This document shows, one piece after another, positions 14,629 to 28,264 of a stretch of 64,000 bases of DNA. The first letter of the stretch is position 1, and the number at the start of each line of letters is the position of its first letter. The notes beneath the pieces are model-generated. The model ran no database searches. It had not been told where the DNA came from and saw only the letters and a list, made by a program, of their open reading frames with translations. The position numbers were made by a program, and so were the translations under genes. This stretch comes from the human T2T-CHM13v2.0 reference genome, Homo sapiens, in NCBI RefSeq assembly GCF_009914755.1, contig NC_060929.1; one strand, written 5' to 3'.

Positions 14629-15204
14629 CACATTTCCTCCCTTATAGAAGATTCTAGTTTTATCTGTCAATAAACAATGTCTTGTTTGTAGTAGCCATAG
14701 GATTGCTGTCAGCAATGACAAAAATAGAAGGAAATTAGCATTTTACCTGAAAAAAAAAACCTTTCTTTCAAGATTGATACTTTCTGGATTTTTAGACCTG
14801 AATAAGTCCTAGGATGTTTTCACATTGATTAACTGAGGATCATCACTTAGTCCAACATTATTATTTCAAAAATTACTTACAGCTATTTACTCTGGCAGAA
14901 AATCAGTAGGAGTTGTCATTACTTAAATCTTGTGGCTGGAGCACTACACTCATGGAGCTATTTCCTGAGTGGGTGCTCAGTGAGAGAAGACAGCTATTCA
15001 ATCACCTGGACCCCAGAAAACAGAAGTGAAAAATGCAAAGTTGTATAAGACTAGGTCACAATAGATATGCAATTAACTCTGGACATCTATCCTTTGAATT
15101 GGGTTGTGTCTATACAATGCCAGAAAAAAAACTTAATTTTCTCATTCAAATCAGTCAAAAACTCAAAGTATAAATTTACTGACAAGTGGTTTATTTAGTA
15201 GCAT

Positions 15205-15300
15205 ATAAATATGTCTATATATATTGTGTATACATAAGTGTATATATATATACATACTCAACATATGTACACGTATGTATACATATATACATACTCAACA
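15205..15300. repeat. (TA/CA)-rich low-complexity tract with a repeated 18-mer
   Basis: atatatacatactcaaca occurs at 15246-15263 and 15283-15300. Confidence 0.7.
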
Positions 15301-16313
15301 AAATGTTTATTAAGAAGACTTCGCAACAATTTATTGAGATGTTTGATGAATTAAAGAAATCTAGCATAAATTGCAATAGGCAGCTCCATGTGTCATTGTT
15401 ACAAGTATGGGTCCCTTCATTCACATCATTTGTTGGTAGAGGCAAACACCTCACAAATCAGAAGTTTTATAAAAAGAAGTGTCCAATTATGGAGAAAGTA
15501 AAGTAAAAACAGCAAAGGACTGTGACCTGACTTTAAGCCCTTACTATTTAGGAGGCAATTATGAGGGTATACTGTATTTAGGCTTCTGGTCTCCTCTTCC
15601 TGAAACCTGCCCTTGGGACAGTACTAGAACTCCCACCAGCAGGGTTCAAAGACAGGGAACAGTAGGCGGTTTTCTGTGTAATAGAACCTGAAGGATATGA
15701 CAGGTGTGTTTGCCCCAAGATATCTGCCCTACTTTTCACCCTTACCCTCCTCATCATGTAATTTCCACTTCTTGCCTTCTTTTTTCCTTTTTTTAGTCAA
15801 AGTCATGCCTGAAGACGGACTCTATTAAAATAAATGTGTTACTTGTAAGACATTACATTTTAACTCAGTAATGGTCACTTACGCAGTGACCCACCATTTA
15901 CTTAGCAGACCAGCTAACATGTTTCCTGGCATAGCTCAGGGTTCTGAGGGAATGCAACACTAGGCAGGTCTATTTTACTAGGGAGAGGAGGGGAGAAAGA
16001 ACAGAGGAAGTCATAGGAATCATCCCGAATGTGCAGTGCTGAGCACGCGCATTGCTGCGGAAAGAAGGCAGTCAGGATCTAGAAGACAGCTCCAAACAGA
16101 GCCACTGGAAGTGACTCAGCTAATTCGGAACGGGTGAGCGAGGATCCTGCTCCTTTCTGCCAGATCACAGAGGAAGAAAGAAGAAAACATGAACCAATAT
16201 ATAATTTGCTAAACTAATTAAAAAGGTTTATTGGGAAAGAGATCAGAATACAAAAACCAAAAACGGTCAAAATTCATTATCTTCAGATCATCTATTATTT
16301 TCATCTTCATGAA

Positions 16314-16764
16314 TGTATTCGTTTCCTAGGGCTGCCATTAAAAAATTACCACAATTTGAGTGCCTTAAAACAACAGAAATTTATTCTCACAGTCCTGGAG
16401 GACAGAAATCCAAAATTAAGATGTCAGGAGAGTTATATCCTCTTAGGCTCTGGGGAACAATCTGTTCCATGCCTCTCTCTTATCTTTTGGTGTTGCAATC
16501 CTTGGCATTCCTTGACTTGCAGACAAATTATGTACTCCAATCTCCATATCCATCATCACATGACATTCTTCTTGAGTGTTCCTCTCTCTTTCTCTTCTCT
16601 TCTTATGAAGACACTTGTCATTAGAGTAGGGCCCACCCTAATCCAGTATGACAGCATCTTAACTTGATTACATCTTCACAGATGCCATTTTTATATAAGG
16701 TCACAGGTACTGAGGGTTAGGACATCAACACATCTTTTTGGAAGACACAGCTCAACCCACAACA
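16314..16764 (-). mobile_element. MLT1C-like solo LTR
   Basis: tgtattcgtttcctagggctgcc...aacaacagaaatttattctcacagt...agggcccaccctaatccagtatgac...ctcaacccacaaca. Confidence 0.88.
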
Positions 16765-17877
16765 ATAGTCCCTTTCCAAAGAGAAACAAGACTTCAAGCT
16801 TCGTGCTCATTCTTCCCAGGGCCTTCCCACAATTCAGACGGGATCATTCACTGAAGGAATGGTGACCACTCAACTGAAGGAGGCAGTTGAGGAAAACTCT
16901 ATCACTGTGATTAGGAGACTGAACAGCTCCTAGAAATTAAGATCATATTCTTACTGTGTTCTTCCACTTGGAGCTTTACCAGCATCAGCATTTCCATAAA
17001 GTTTTCAGAGTTTCATCCTTGGCAATAATCCAACACATGAGCACAACACTAAGGAATTGGCAATAGGGCATAAAGGACTATTGTTATAATGAGGAGTGGC
17101 AGCTCAGGAATAAGGAGGAAAGAGAGGCGCTAATCTCAGGGGCAAAGTAAATTGCACGCTAAATCAGTGATATCCATAATACTAAACAGAGGGAGGCTTA
17201 AAAGACAGGTTATTGACTTTTGTTTTTCTTTAAAAAAAGACAGGTTCTGAACAGGATCACAACCTGGGTGAGCAACTAGATATAATTAACGTGTAAACTA
17301 TAGTTTTGATTCTATAATTTTTTCTGTCTCCAGCCTTTACTATACACACACCCAAATTCCAAGCAAGGCAAGGAAACTAATTAACAGATCCATCACTGAA
17401 TAAATGAAACTCAAGTTATCCATGGCATCCATTGAAAATGGGCCAGCATGTATACACCTACATATCCGTGCCAACCACCATGAGATGAAATGAATCAGAG
17501 TCTACCATCCCTAACATTTAGGATGTCAGCCATTAATAATGGCAGTTTCAGGATAATGCTCTTAAATGAAATTGGGACACTATTAAAATCAAGATGGGCT
17601 GTTAACAATGCAGTTTCATCACATGCAAATTAGAATACTTGAAAAACTTCAGAGGTCTTAGGAGTAAGAATAGTCTCTCAACTCTTTAAAATTGAATAGA
17701 AAATGACTTGGGGCTTTCATATCTGAAACTATATTAAATGATAATACTGCATAAATTTGGACTGGCCCCTCACTTTCAATAAAGCTGACCTTGAAACTTT
17801 TTATTTACAAACTCATCTAAGCTAAGACCATGGCAATTAAGTCTTGAACTGCTTTTTATGGTTGCATTCTCAAAAAG

Positions 17878-18000
17878 ACAGCAAAAATGTATTGAATACC
17901 TACTACAGGCCACACAGTGTTCTAGAAGCTGGTGATTCAAAAGTAAATAAGGCAATGTCCTTACTCCTTGGAGATTACAATGTAGCAGGGTGAGACAGAT
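17878..18000 (-). mobile_element. L2 3' fragment
   Basis: tattgaatacctactac...gtgttctagaagctgg...aaataaggca...ggagattaca. Confidence 0.6.
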
Positions 18001-18142
18001 GAGTGTGCCTCAGTTCAGAAACAGGTGTCCTACTGGGTATAAAGAGATTTTTGGGTTTTGGCTTTTTTCCTACTACATAAGTATTTTAATGTAACAGCTA
18101 CTTTTAGTAACTAGACTTTTTTCTGGATTTAAACATCCTTTT

Positions 18143-18434
18143 TAAAATTATTTTTTATTATCCTTTAAGTTCTGGGATACATGTGCAGAACTTGCAGGTT
18201 TGTTACATAGGTATACACGTGCCATGGTGGTTTGCTGCACCCATCAAACCATCAACTACATTAGGTATTTCTCCTAATGCTATCTCTCCTCTAGCTCCCC
18301 ACCCCCTGACAGGACCGAGTATGTGATGTTCTCCTCCCTATGTCCATGTGTTCTCATTGTTCAACTCCCACTTATGAGTGAGAACATGCAGTGTTTGGTT
18401 TTCTGTTCCTGTGTTAGTTTGCTGAGAATGATGG
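18143..18434 (-). mobile_element. L1PA7/8-like 3' end (non-inverted part of a twin-primed insertion)
   Basis: ttattatcctttaagttctgggatacatgtgcagaac...tcccacttatgagtgagaacatgcagtgtttggttttctg is the reverse complement of the L1PA 3' UTR. Confidence 0.93.
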
Positions 18435-18778
18435 GAATGCTTTTGCGCTGTTGGTGGGAATATAAATTAGTTCAACCATTGTGGAAGACAGTGTGGCGAT
18501 TCCTCAAGGATCTAGAACCAGAAATAGCATTTGACCCAGCAATCCCATTAGTGGGTATATACCCAAAGGATTAAAAATCATTCTACTATAAAGACACATG
18601 CACACATATGTTTATTGTGGCACTATTCACAATAGCAAAGACTTGGAACCAACACAAATACCCATCAATGACAGACTGGATAAAGAAAATGTGGCACATA
18701 TACACAATGGAATACTATGCAGCCATAAAACAAGGATGAGTTCATGTCGTTTTCAGGGACATGGATGAAGCTGGAAAC
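18434..18778 (+). mobile_element. Inverted L1PA segment (ORF2 C-terminus)
   Basis: Encodes CWWEYKLVQPLWKTVWRFLKDLEPEIAFDPAIPLVGIYPKD (L1 ORF2p C-terminal region); TSD aaacatcctttt at 18131-18142 and 18775-18786. Confidence 0.93.
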
Positions 18779-19963
18779 ATCCTTTTATAGATACCATAGA
18801 AATAAGTATAAAGAGGTTACAGTGTATTTTATGAACCATACTGGAAGGCCTGAAAACTTCTTTGTTATAAGGTAAAAAATTTTGAAATGTATTTTCCAAA
18901 ATTTATTATTTACTTTATTTGATAATAAGAAAAAAATTAGCAGTGTGCAAAATGAGGACAGTCATAAGCTACAAGAAAAGCAGACCTGTGGACTAGTCCT
19001 TCCCAAGTTCCGCCACTTGGCTTTATTTTCATAATCTGTGATATTGGGGGTTAATTTTTTCTATCATTTTTAATGTATTATTCAGATATTACTGAATTAT
19101 TCTGAGTAGCTTTGTATCTTCCAAAAGTTTAGTGGAAATTTTAATTTTTCAAATAATTTTAGAACTATTTTAAAAATACAGTAAAGCAAAAGGCACAGTC
19201 AAATGATATAGTCCATTGGAAACTACTAACAGAAAATTTATGCATGTAGGTTAACATATATTTGCACAGGCCTCTTAGTGATCTCTGGGCACATATTTGA
19301 GCTTCTCGAAACTGGACTATTGATAAGGAAGCTTGTAGCTCTGATCTGTCCTTTCAATAAATTTGTTCCTGCCTATATGCACTTTGTGAAGAATGATTTG
19401 AAGAAGTTCAATTACTTCAACTATGCAGTTTGAGCAACTACTTTAACACAAACCTGCTGGGCTCTATTAATGGCAGCTTAGACTCAACCAGATCCATTTG
19501 GTGTAGATTCTATTCAGAATCAGTATAACAGTCACCTGTGCGGTAACAAGTAAGCCTAGCACGTATCTTATAATACCATAATGTAAATAGTTTTAACATT
19601 TTCTCTAACTTTTGTAAGTTTATTGGCTTCCTTTTATGTCCATGATGAAGAATGCAGATATATTAGATATTGATAAGATTCCAATTTATAAAGAAAATTA
19701 ACCATTGTTCTACTTTCAAGTTCTAGGTCAGTTTATTCGAAGAAAATCCTGAGGTTTCAAGATGAGCTGTTCAAATCGTTTACCATTTGCACCTATTTAT
19801 TAGTGTGAATTAGAATTTTTTTCAATATCATGCAAGCAATGCAAAACACAAAAGTAAAATTGAAGATTGAGACTGCATTTATATCATCTATAAACCAGAG
19901 TTCACATTTTTGTACTCATTCAAACAGTGTCATTTTTCTCATTAATTCAGCTTTATAGAAAGT

Positions 19964-20014
19964 AAATGTTACAAATATGAACTTCTAAAATGTTACAAAT
20001 ATGAACTTCTAAAA
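19964..20014. repeat. Perfect 24-bp tandem duplication
   Basis: aaatgttacaaatatgaacttcta x2. Confidence 0.95.
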
Positions 20015-20604
20015 CAGTTACACTGTTCTCATCTCTTTTATACATAGAGTTTTTACATGATAATGATTTAGAAAGAAGTTGGTCCTTTTATGAAAATGTT
20101 TTACAATTCTTCTTGTCAGGGGTTGTTTCTTTTCGAGAAACAGAAACCTACTCAAGCTAGCTCAAAGTAAATTTTCACAATTTTCAGACTAATATTATTG
20201 GAAAACAAAAGCGATTCAATTCATTTGCTCAAAATGTCCTTAGCATGACCTTCAAGGCCCTAGGTAATATCTCCACTACATCTCTCTCTGATCTGAAGTT
20301 CCACTAACCTCCTCCTGGCCACTTGTGCACTAGCCCCAGTGATATCACATGCAACCAACATAGCCTTCTAGGCCCACCACTTCAGCAGGTGCTGTCAAAG
20401 ATATTGACAACAACTCAAAAGGAGTGGAGGAGGCTTCTGCTAGACCCAAACAGTGTCTCCTTCGAAAACCAAAACAAAACAAAACACTGAGTAAGGTAAA
20501 AAATGATTTCAGATAGTCCCATCTCACTTTAGTATCTTAATATCATGATAGAGAAGTTAAATATACTTTAACAAGTTTATCACATTGTTTCCTTTTTACT
20601 TTTT

Positions 20605-21030
20605 ATTCTTAGGATTCTTTGAATTGCAAGTCACTGAAACCCCAATCCAAATTTGCTTTAAGAAAAAATCTACCGACTCAAACAAGACAGAGATATTTTA
20701 GATTCAAGCAAGGATTGATCCAGAGCTTGAATGACTTTTACCCAAGAGTTTCTGGTTTTGTTTTTGTCCTTACCATTTCTCAACTTGACGTCCTCAGTGT
20801 TTTCATGGTTTCAGACTGCCTGCCAGAATCCAAGTAGTCCTCAAAAGTGCTAATGGATTGACTTGGCTCACACTGAATTAACTACAAGTGTTAAAGGAAT
20901 GCGATATGTTGATTGGTGTAGGCTTTGGTCACATGTTCTACCCCTAGAATTAGGAATACAATCAACTGTATGAGGTCCACATGAGCTTAGACCGGGGAGA
21001 GGAGATTCCACCACCAGAAAACCTGGATGC
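20605..21030 (-). mobile_element. Old MLT1 (K/L-like) LTR
   Basis: ttgcaagtcactgaaacccaatccaaatttgctttaag...ggattgatccagagctt...tgattggtgtaggctttggtcacatgttctaccccta. Confidence 0.6.
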
Positions 21031-21794
21031 TAAACACCACGACCAATTCCTACCATCCTTGATGTGGCACTCAACTTAGTGAGACTGGAAATAATTTCAT
21101 ACAAGGTGAAAGCTTCTAATCTATAATTTTAATTTAATTTCAATTTTTGCTCTGCTATCTTTACTTAAATATTGACTATTAAAACCAAACCATTTTTTTT
21201 CAATAGTCTGTAGATAAAACATCATTACACTTCATATTTATGCTATATTCTTTACTTTTGGTTGAACGACCAATTCTACCAATCTACCCTCAGTGAAGTG
21301 CCCACAAGACCCTATTCTCTAGACACGTACATCAGGAGGGGAAGTGAACATTTAATCAATTAATATTTGCTGGCTAATGCTTTGACATTTACAAAGTCTG
21401 GGACACATCTGCATGAAACTCTAAAATAAAATTGGGCAAGTGATTAAGAATAAGATAATGAAAAGAAGCCAACTGGATTTAAGAAATAGATGCATTTCTT
21501 AGTCATTATGAGATTTGAAATGATGCTCATTGTCTCCTCAGTTTGTGAAAACTTTTTGTCAGATCATTCTACACACCATTAACAAAACAGAGAGCTGCAC
21601 TTCATGGATTCAAGATCAAGTGACTGGTGAAATAGTTCAGCATTCAATAGATTGTCTAGGCATTTTGTGCAACTATGCCTTAACAAATAGAAAATTCAAA
21701 TCCCAACTTATTTTGTGTTATGACGATTTTTAAAATTAAATTACTCTTTGCCAAGAGCAGTCAGCAATTGTTATGTAGCAGAGAAATATGCCAT

Positions 21795-22010
21795 AAAAGT
21801 TGAAAAATTGGGCTCTGGTGTCAGACTGCCTGGGTTCAAGTCTTAAATCTGTACTTATTATTATCCCTTAATTTCTTTATCAGAAAAAAAAATCAAAATA
21901 GTACTATTATCTAATAAGAGTTTTCATAAGGATTAATGAGTCAATCCATAGGAAGCTCTTAGAAGTTTCTGGAAAGCAGAGTGCAAGGAGTGTTAGTTAC
22001 AATTACTATT
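21795..22010 (+). mobile_element. MIR SINE
   Basis: gggctctggtgtcagactgcctgggttcaagtc...aaggattaatgag...tgttagtta. Confidence 0.75.
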
Positions 22011-23104
22011 CTCCACTTTTTCTCTCTCTCTCTTCTTCTCTCTCCCTTCACACTTTTATTTCTTCATTACATTAAAAAATGCTATTAAATTGTTTTATGG
22101 ATGCCTCATTTTTCTATAATGCAGATCACAAACTGGCCCAGTCATGATTGAGATATAATCACCAAAGAAATGCCTTCGACAGAGATGGAGTAGCTGACAA
22201 GTTGCTAAACACAATGTTAAACTGTTTGTTATTGTTGAGGAGTGGGAAGCTTCTCTTTTAAAAGACTCCCAAGTTTAAAGCCAACATGATTAATATTCAG
22301 AGCAGACAGACTAGTTTATATAGCCAGAGACACTGAGGTCAGCCTGGATAATGGAAGAGCATGCTCATTCCTGAGCCTGTAGTGACACATACTTACATCC
22401 CTACCGAGTCCAGGCACCTCAGGCTTGTCAAAAAGAGGTGTGTCCATAAGGTTGTAAAGATTTGAACCTTACAAATGAGCATCATGTAGTCATAAGCATT
22501 TGGATGAGTCACAGCTTATTTTATGGGTGTAGCTCATCTTCAAAGGAAGATTGAACTGGCCATAAACATCAGATCATGGAACATAAGCTTTTCCAAAGAC
22601 TCCTCATAAAAAAATACAATAAAAATAAATACAGCTATTGCCTAAAATTCAAAGTCTCACAGAGATTTATTGTGAATCGAATGCATCATTGCTCATCTTT
22701 TTTTTTTTTTTTTTGGATGATATCTATAGCACTGAACTGAGTTTCTTTCTAAAATGTTGATAAAGCTATTTTTGTTAATGTACATGATCGGTTATAGAAG
22801 ACAACCTCAATACAGCATGGAATAGGAGAACATTTTAAAACATCTGCATTTTTACTGTTTTCCAATTCTCATCAGGAATCTTGTTGGCCCCTCAACATGT
22901 AATCTGACATGACCTAAATAATACCCACATTTGGAGTGGCCAAAATGTCAAAAGATTTCAAGATATTACAAAAACAAAAATATCCAAAGTTCAAACATAT
23001 TTTTACATGTGTGGTCCACCACCCTAAATTTTCTGAAACTAAACATGAAGATCATTTTCGTGAAAATAATAAATTATGTTTTTGCTAGCTTCCATTTATA
23101 TGAA

Positions 23105-23750
23105 ATCATTTAACACATATTATTTTAGCATACCTATTACTTTTCCAGCACAATCTAGGTTCTTCAGGAAATTTAGAACAAACACAAGAGCCAGTCTCTG
23201 AACTCTAGGAGCTTTTATTTCAGCAGGAAGATTATATTGTGTGCACACAACATCAAACATCATAAGGCAGGCAACAATTTAATGGTGTCTTTTGGTAGAA
23301 ATCAACCATTGTTGAAGGTTAGAGAAGAGGAAGAGCAAGGGCATAAATCAGGCAAAATTGCATGAAAAAAATGTCTTGAACTGAACCTGAATGTATTAAT
23401 AAAACCCAGAGGAAAAGCGAACAATGAATTAAGTCAAATAACAATAACATCATCAAAAGATGAGTAAAGAATAACAAGTCAGTTTTTAGACAAAATCCAG
23501 GTTTCGTCAGTAAAACAGATATATGAGTCACAGGTAGCTCCAGCATTTCAAACTTGGGTAACCTAGAGAAGATCTTTATCAAATACAGGAAAGTTAAAAA
23601 ACAGAGCTCAAAGACAAGAGAAATTTTATTTAAGAGATATTACAGTTGAGGTGACAGTACAATTTCTCATTATTGATGTCTGGTACACAAGGGGAGGTGA
23701 TAATGGAGAGTAGAGTTTTGGAGAGAGATCTGGGGTTATAGGGTGAAAAT
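23105..23750 (-). mobile_element. Diverged L2 fragments
   Basis: catttaacacatattattttagcatacct...gtctctgaactctaggagctt and later ggagagagatctggggt resemble the L2 3' region. Confidence 0.45.
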
Positions 23751-25086
23751 TATAATATCACGTAAATTCTCCCTAGGCAGTTTATTCAATAGTGTCTATT
23801 GTCTTGTTCCCCCAGCACAAAATTAGAGTGCCCCTTTATTATGAGATTCATCCTACCCTGGAAACATCACCCTATTGTCTACATCAAAAATTACTCAACT
23901 CTTATGGGTCATGGCCACTTGAGCCATATTTTCTCAATGTTCCTTCATCCCAGTACCCATGGAGTTAACCAGTGTCATGCAGATATGCCAGATTTTATTT
24001 TTTTCAGTGATGACGGGCATACTGCTAGGTCAGGCTGACCTAGTGTGAGTTTAAAAGCATTAATATTTTACATACACTATTATTCCATGTAAATGCATTA
24101 AAGCATAAGAAAATCCCAATGTTTGTAGATTTTTTTTTTTGCTTTATCTGAGTCTTAGTAGTTATGCTATGCTGTTTTATAACAATCCTGTTATGAAAGT
24201 CTTGAATGTATTTTGTATCTTCCAATGCTGACCAAATTATTTGATCTTTCATTAGCTGTCCACAAGAATAAGAGATTGATGCTCTAGGTGAATAAAAGTA
24301 AGAGTTGGAGATTTAATGGATGAGCAGCAAGGAATGAGAGGAAGAATGTTATATATGTGAACTGTAAGTTAAGCATTTCGGCGAATAGCAGCTCCCCACA
24401 TGCTTTATGGTCGAATCTCAGGCCACTGGGTTGAAAGGTACCTTAGAGCTCCTCTAGGCTCACATTTCTTAGGAAAGATTAGGGCTGGGGCAGATGCAGA
24501 AGGATTTTGAGTGGTCTCTCTTTCTTGTGCTGTTCTGCTCCCACTTGGGGCAGAAATTTGTATTTGAGTATTTGTAAAAGATAACATTTAAAAATGACCA
24601 CAAGACCCTGGTTACTAAGCTTGATCCCTCTTTTCCCTAAAGAAACTCTGAAGGATTTTTTTTTTTAATCACAAAAATAACAACAGAATCCTAAGATCAT
24701 TTTTACCTTTTATACTAATGCTCCTAGATGGTCTTTGAAGGTCTAGTTACAAATGGATAAATGGAGGCCAGCTCCATCTCTAACGACCTACCAGCTTAAC
24801 CTCACTAGGCCCGCCTCCCTTTCTGTTGAGTTAGATGCCCTTAAATTCATTTCCAGCCCTATCATTCTATAATTCCACACATATTCTGAGATAGTCTCAT
24901 GAAGCCTATCCAAAGGCTCCATGATGGCAGATTCCTAATTCAACTTAAAACCAATATTACAATTTGGTAATTTTACTGGAATGTGAGTTGTTGTTAATGG
25001 CTTGATGATAATTCTCCTTAAACTTAGAGAAGCTGCTATGCAAAGTGTTTATTTAACATTCGGTTAATTCCTGAATGTTATTCCGG

Positions 25087-25117
25087 AATCCATGAAGACA
25101 ACAATCCATGAAGACAA
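25087..25117. repeat. 16-bp tandem duplication
   Basis: aatccatgaagacaac aatccatgaagacaa. Confidence 0.85.
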
Positions 25118-28100
25118 TGTGAACACTAATTTTTCAGAGTGAAAAAATAAAGATAGGAAAGAGTTAAGTGTACTTATTAACCTACAGATGGCAATTTTGA
25201 TCAATAGTGTAGACCTAGAAGAAACTTTTTTTTAATATATTTTAATTTAACCCTAGATGAAGCAATTTGGTTCAACATCCATGACCAGGTTACTTACTAC
25301 AGCTTCCAGGTTTCCAGGCTATTTGTTTGCATTTACGAAAGAAACAAAACTGGGAATATATGCAATATACAATTTCTAAGATTTTTTTTCAGAGCTAAAA
25401 TCATGTTGTAATACTTAAATAAATCCCTTTCTCCCTTGATCTATACAATATTTATATATTGTTGGAAAATTATAGACATGATTTTTAATCTGTCTTTAGA
25501 CACATTAATATGTCTTTAGACGTATTAAACAATCTTTGGAGTTTTTGCTTACTTTATTTCTTAGGAAACCAGATTGCCAAGTTAGAGCATGGAAATGTAT
25601 TCTTACCTGTGTCAGAACAAATCAAACATTGAAAATGAGACTGTATTTCCCTCTCATTGATGGTCCCTAATGGCAAAGATCCCATCTCCAGCTTTTGATC
25701 ATTTTTCATTTCAACGGAGCATGCTGGGCCGCAGCTAAGCATGTGGAAATGGCTGTGAGTCAGGTGAGTAAAGGAAGCCCTGTGTCAGCACATGCTGAAA
25801 GCAGCAGCTGAAGTCCTGTCCACACTGGTAAAAAGACTGTACTGGAAACGTGTTTTGCCACATCCTGACAGTTGCCCTGCTTCTACCTGATATGGTCAGT
25901 TTCTGCCTGTTTATTCTCTAACCCACAAGGCATGCTGCATCCAAGTTGCTGTTTCCTTCTTGATGAATCTCCCTTGGATTCTGAAGGAATCCTTGGATTT
26001 TGCAGTACATCTTCACCAGGATAGTAAAAAAAAAACCACAAGTACCATCCTTCCAAATCAGATTTTAGTTAAGTTCATGGAGTCACTTTCCACATTTTTA
26101 GGACTGGTTTCTTTTCACTTAATGAGGTTTTTCAATTATTAAGATTCTTTAGCCACATCCAAGTCATGGCAGGATGGGTTTAAATGATGAGCATTTCCCC
26201 AACAAAATCATCATTTAATGTTGAGCAAAAACTTAAATAGTAGACGGCACATTCAGGGTCGGAACCAATGTCTGACAAGGACAAGCTTGCTCCAGCTCGG
26301 CCCGAATGATGATAAACTTGGGCTTCAACATTTCGACTCTTGAATCTGGGAAACAACTCAGTGGAAATTTATATACAGTGCGTAATGTGAGGCTTGGCTA
26401 AAAGCAAAGCTGCCCTTGGAAAAAGATAGATGGTTTTAAACAAGGCTAATTTAAAAACCTGAATCAAAGATAAATCAGCTTTCTGAACTTAGAGGGGCAG
26501 CCTCCACAGCAGAGGTCCCACACAGCCCACCCAGCGGAGGAGTCTCCCTCCTGCCCTGCCAAGAACAGAGGCCTAGGGCTGCTGGAAGAATCCCTCTGTG
26601 AGCCCTCTCTGGATGGGGAAAGGCAGGTTGGGGCCTTTGAGAAAGGCATTAATCACATTTGGTTCCTTGTACCTGAGAAAAAATAGCTATCTATGGGATC
26701 TGAATTTTTGTGTTTCAAACTGGAGAAAGCTTTTATGATGTCTCTTGATGAAATATAACCACCCTCTCATTCTAAGCAGCCTTTAAATTCTCAAATGTGT
26801 GTAAATGGAAAACACGCTGTGGGTCTTTATTCTACTGAGCAGCAAGAAATAAATCAGAACTCTCCCTCCGCACCCCCCATTCTGTCTCTCCCCTGATACC
26901 TCACAGATGTGCAGCGTTAGAGGGAAGAGCAGAAATGCTTTATAAAATTAATATGTGGAAGCTGCTTTATTTACCATAAATGCCTAGCCCAGGGCTTTCT
27001 CTACAGTGCCCCGTCAAGATATTAAGCTGAGTTCTTGCCTTCTGCCTACCAAAAAGTCCTCTTTCATATCTGTCGGATGGGAGGGTCTCCATTTTCTGCA
27101 TAGGAGAGGCAGTTGGTGGTGGCGTGGTATTTACCGTCAAAAGTGAGATGACTGCAGGTTAGTGGTAAACAAAACATTTCATCCATAATGTATAAAATGT
27201 GTAAATCACTTTAGGATCCTGCTGGGTTCAAAGTCCTATATTAATATCCTTGATTAGTATAATTGATATTAAACTGGATGCTAGAGACCCCAATAGATGA
27301 ATACAAATGCTAGAACTCGCCTCCGTAGCTCATTCATATCTGAAAATATGTGGAAGATATACCACAGAGCTCATGAAAGACTTTTAACTGATTTTAATAG
27401 CAGTCATTACATTAGAAAATGAGACTTCCGCTTGTAACAGAGATGAACTGGGAAGAAACAAAGGAGGAGAGGTAACTAGTGCAGCGCCCCAGTGCCCTGC
27501 CAGAATTACTGCTCATCATTCTTGCTTTCAGCAGTTAGCCGGCTCCTTTTGTCAAAGACTACCACCGTCTAATGAAACAATTAGGGCTTGACAGTTTAAA
27601 TATGCTATTTTGTTCTTTTCAAATGTAAGTGCCAGCCACTAAGACAAACTATACCCACTACCTTCCTATCAGCAGAGCCATTGTTATCCCAGATAGAATG
27701 CCCTAAAAATAAAATCCATTTTGTATGTGAAGCTTCATCAAGTCAGGTCATGTCTGCTCCTCAGGGCAGACTGCAGTGTACTAATTTCATTATGCTATTT
27801 TTAAATGTAGCCTCCTTGGATCTTTTAGTATGTCCTACATAGCTCAACAAGGCCCTGAGTTAGTGTTCAGGGTTCTCTTACTAATCACCTCTGTCCACCC
27901 TGGCCTCCACCCTAACCTCCACAACCTCTCCAGACCTGGATGGTTAACAGGAAATAGGCACACTAATGATGGATGTGTTCACACAAAAATGAACATCACC
28001 TACTAGGCACTGGCCAACACATGACTATAAGAAGACCAAACTGGCATCAGTTTCTTGAATTCATTATTGAAGTTACTCCAGTTTTAAAAATAAAAATCCC

Positions 28101-28264
28101 CAAAAAGAGAGAATGGCTTTTTAAGATATCATCTTGAGTTATTTTTGAGCCTTTGTACCTATTTCTGTTTTGTCTCTTGTAGAAAGTGTTTTTTTTTTTT
28201 TAGTTGTATAATGAACACAGACTCAGGTAAATGAAAAGTGTAGAAGAAAATATCATTATTCATT

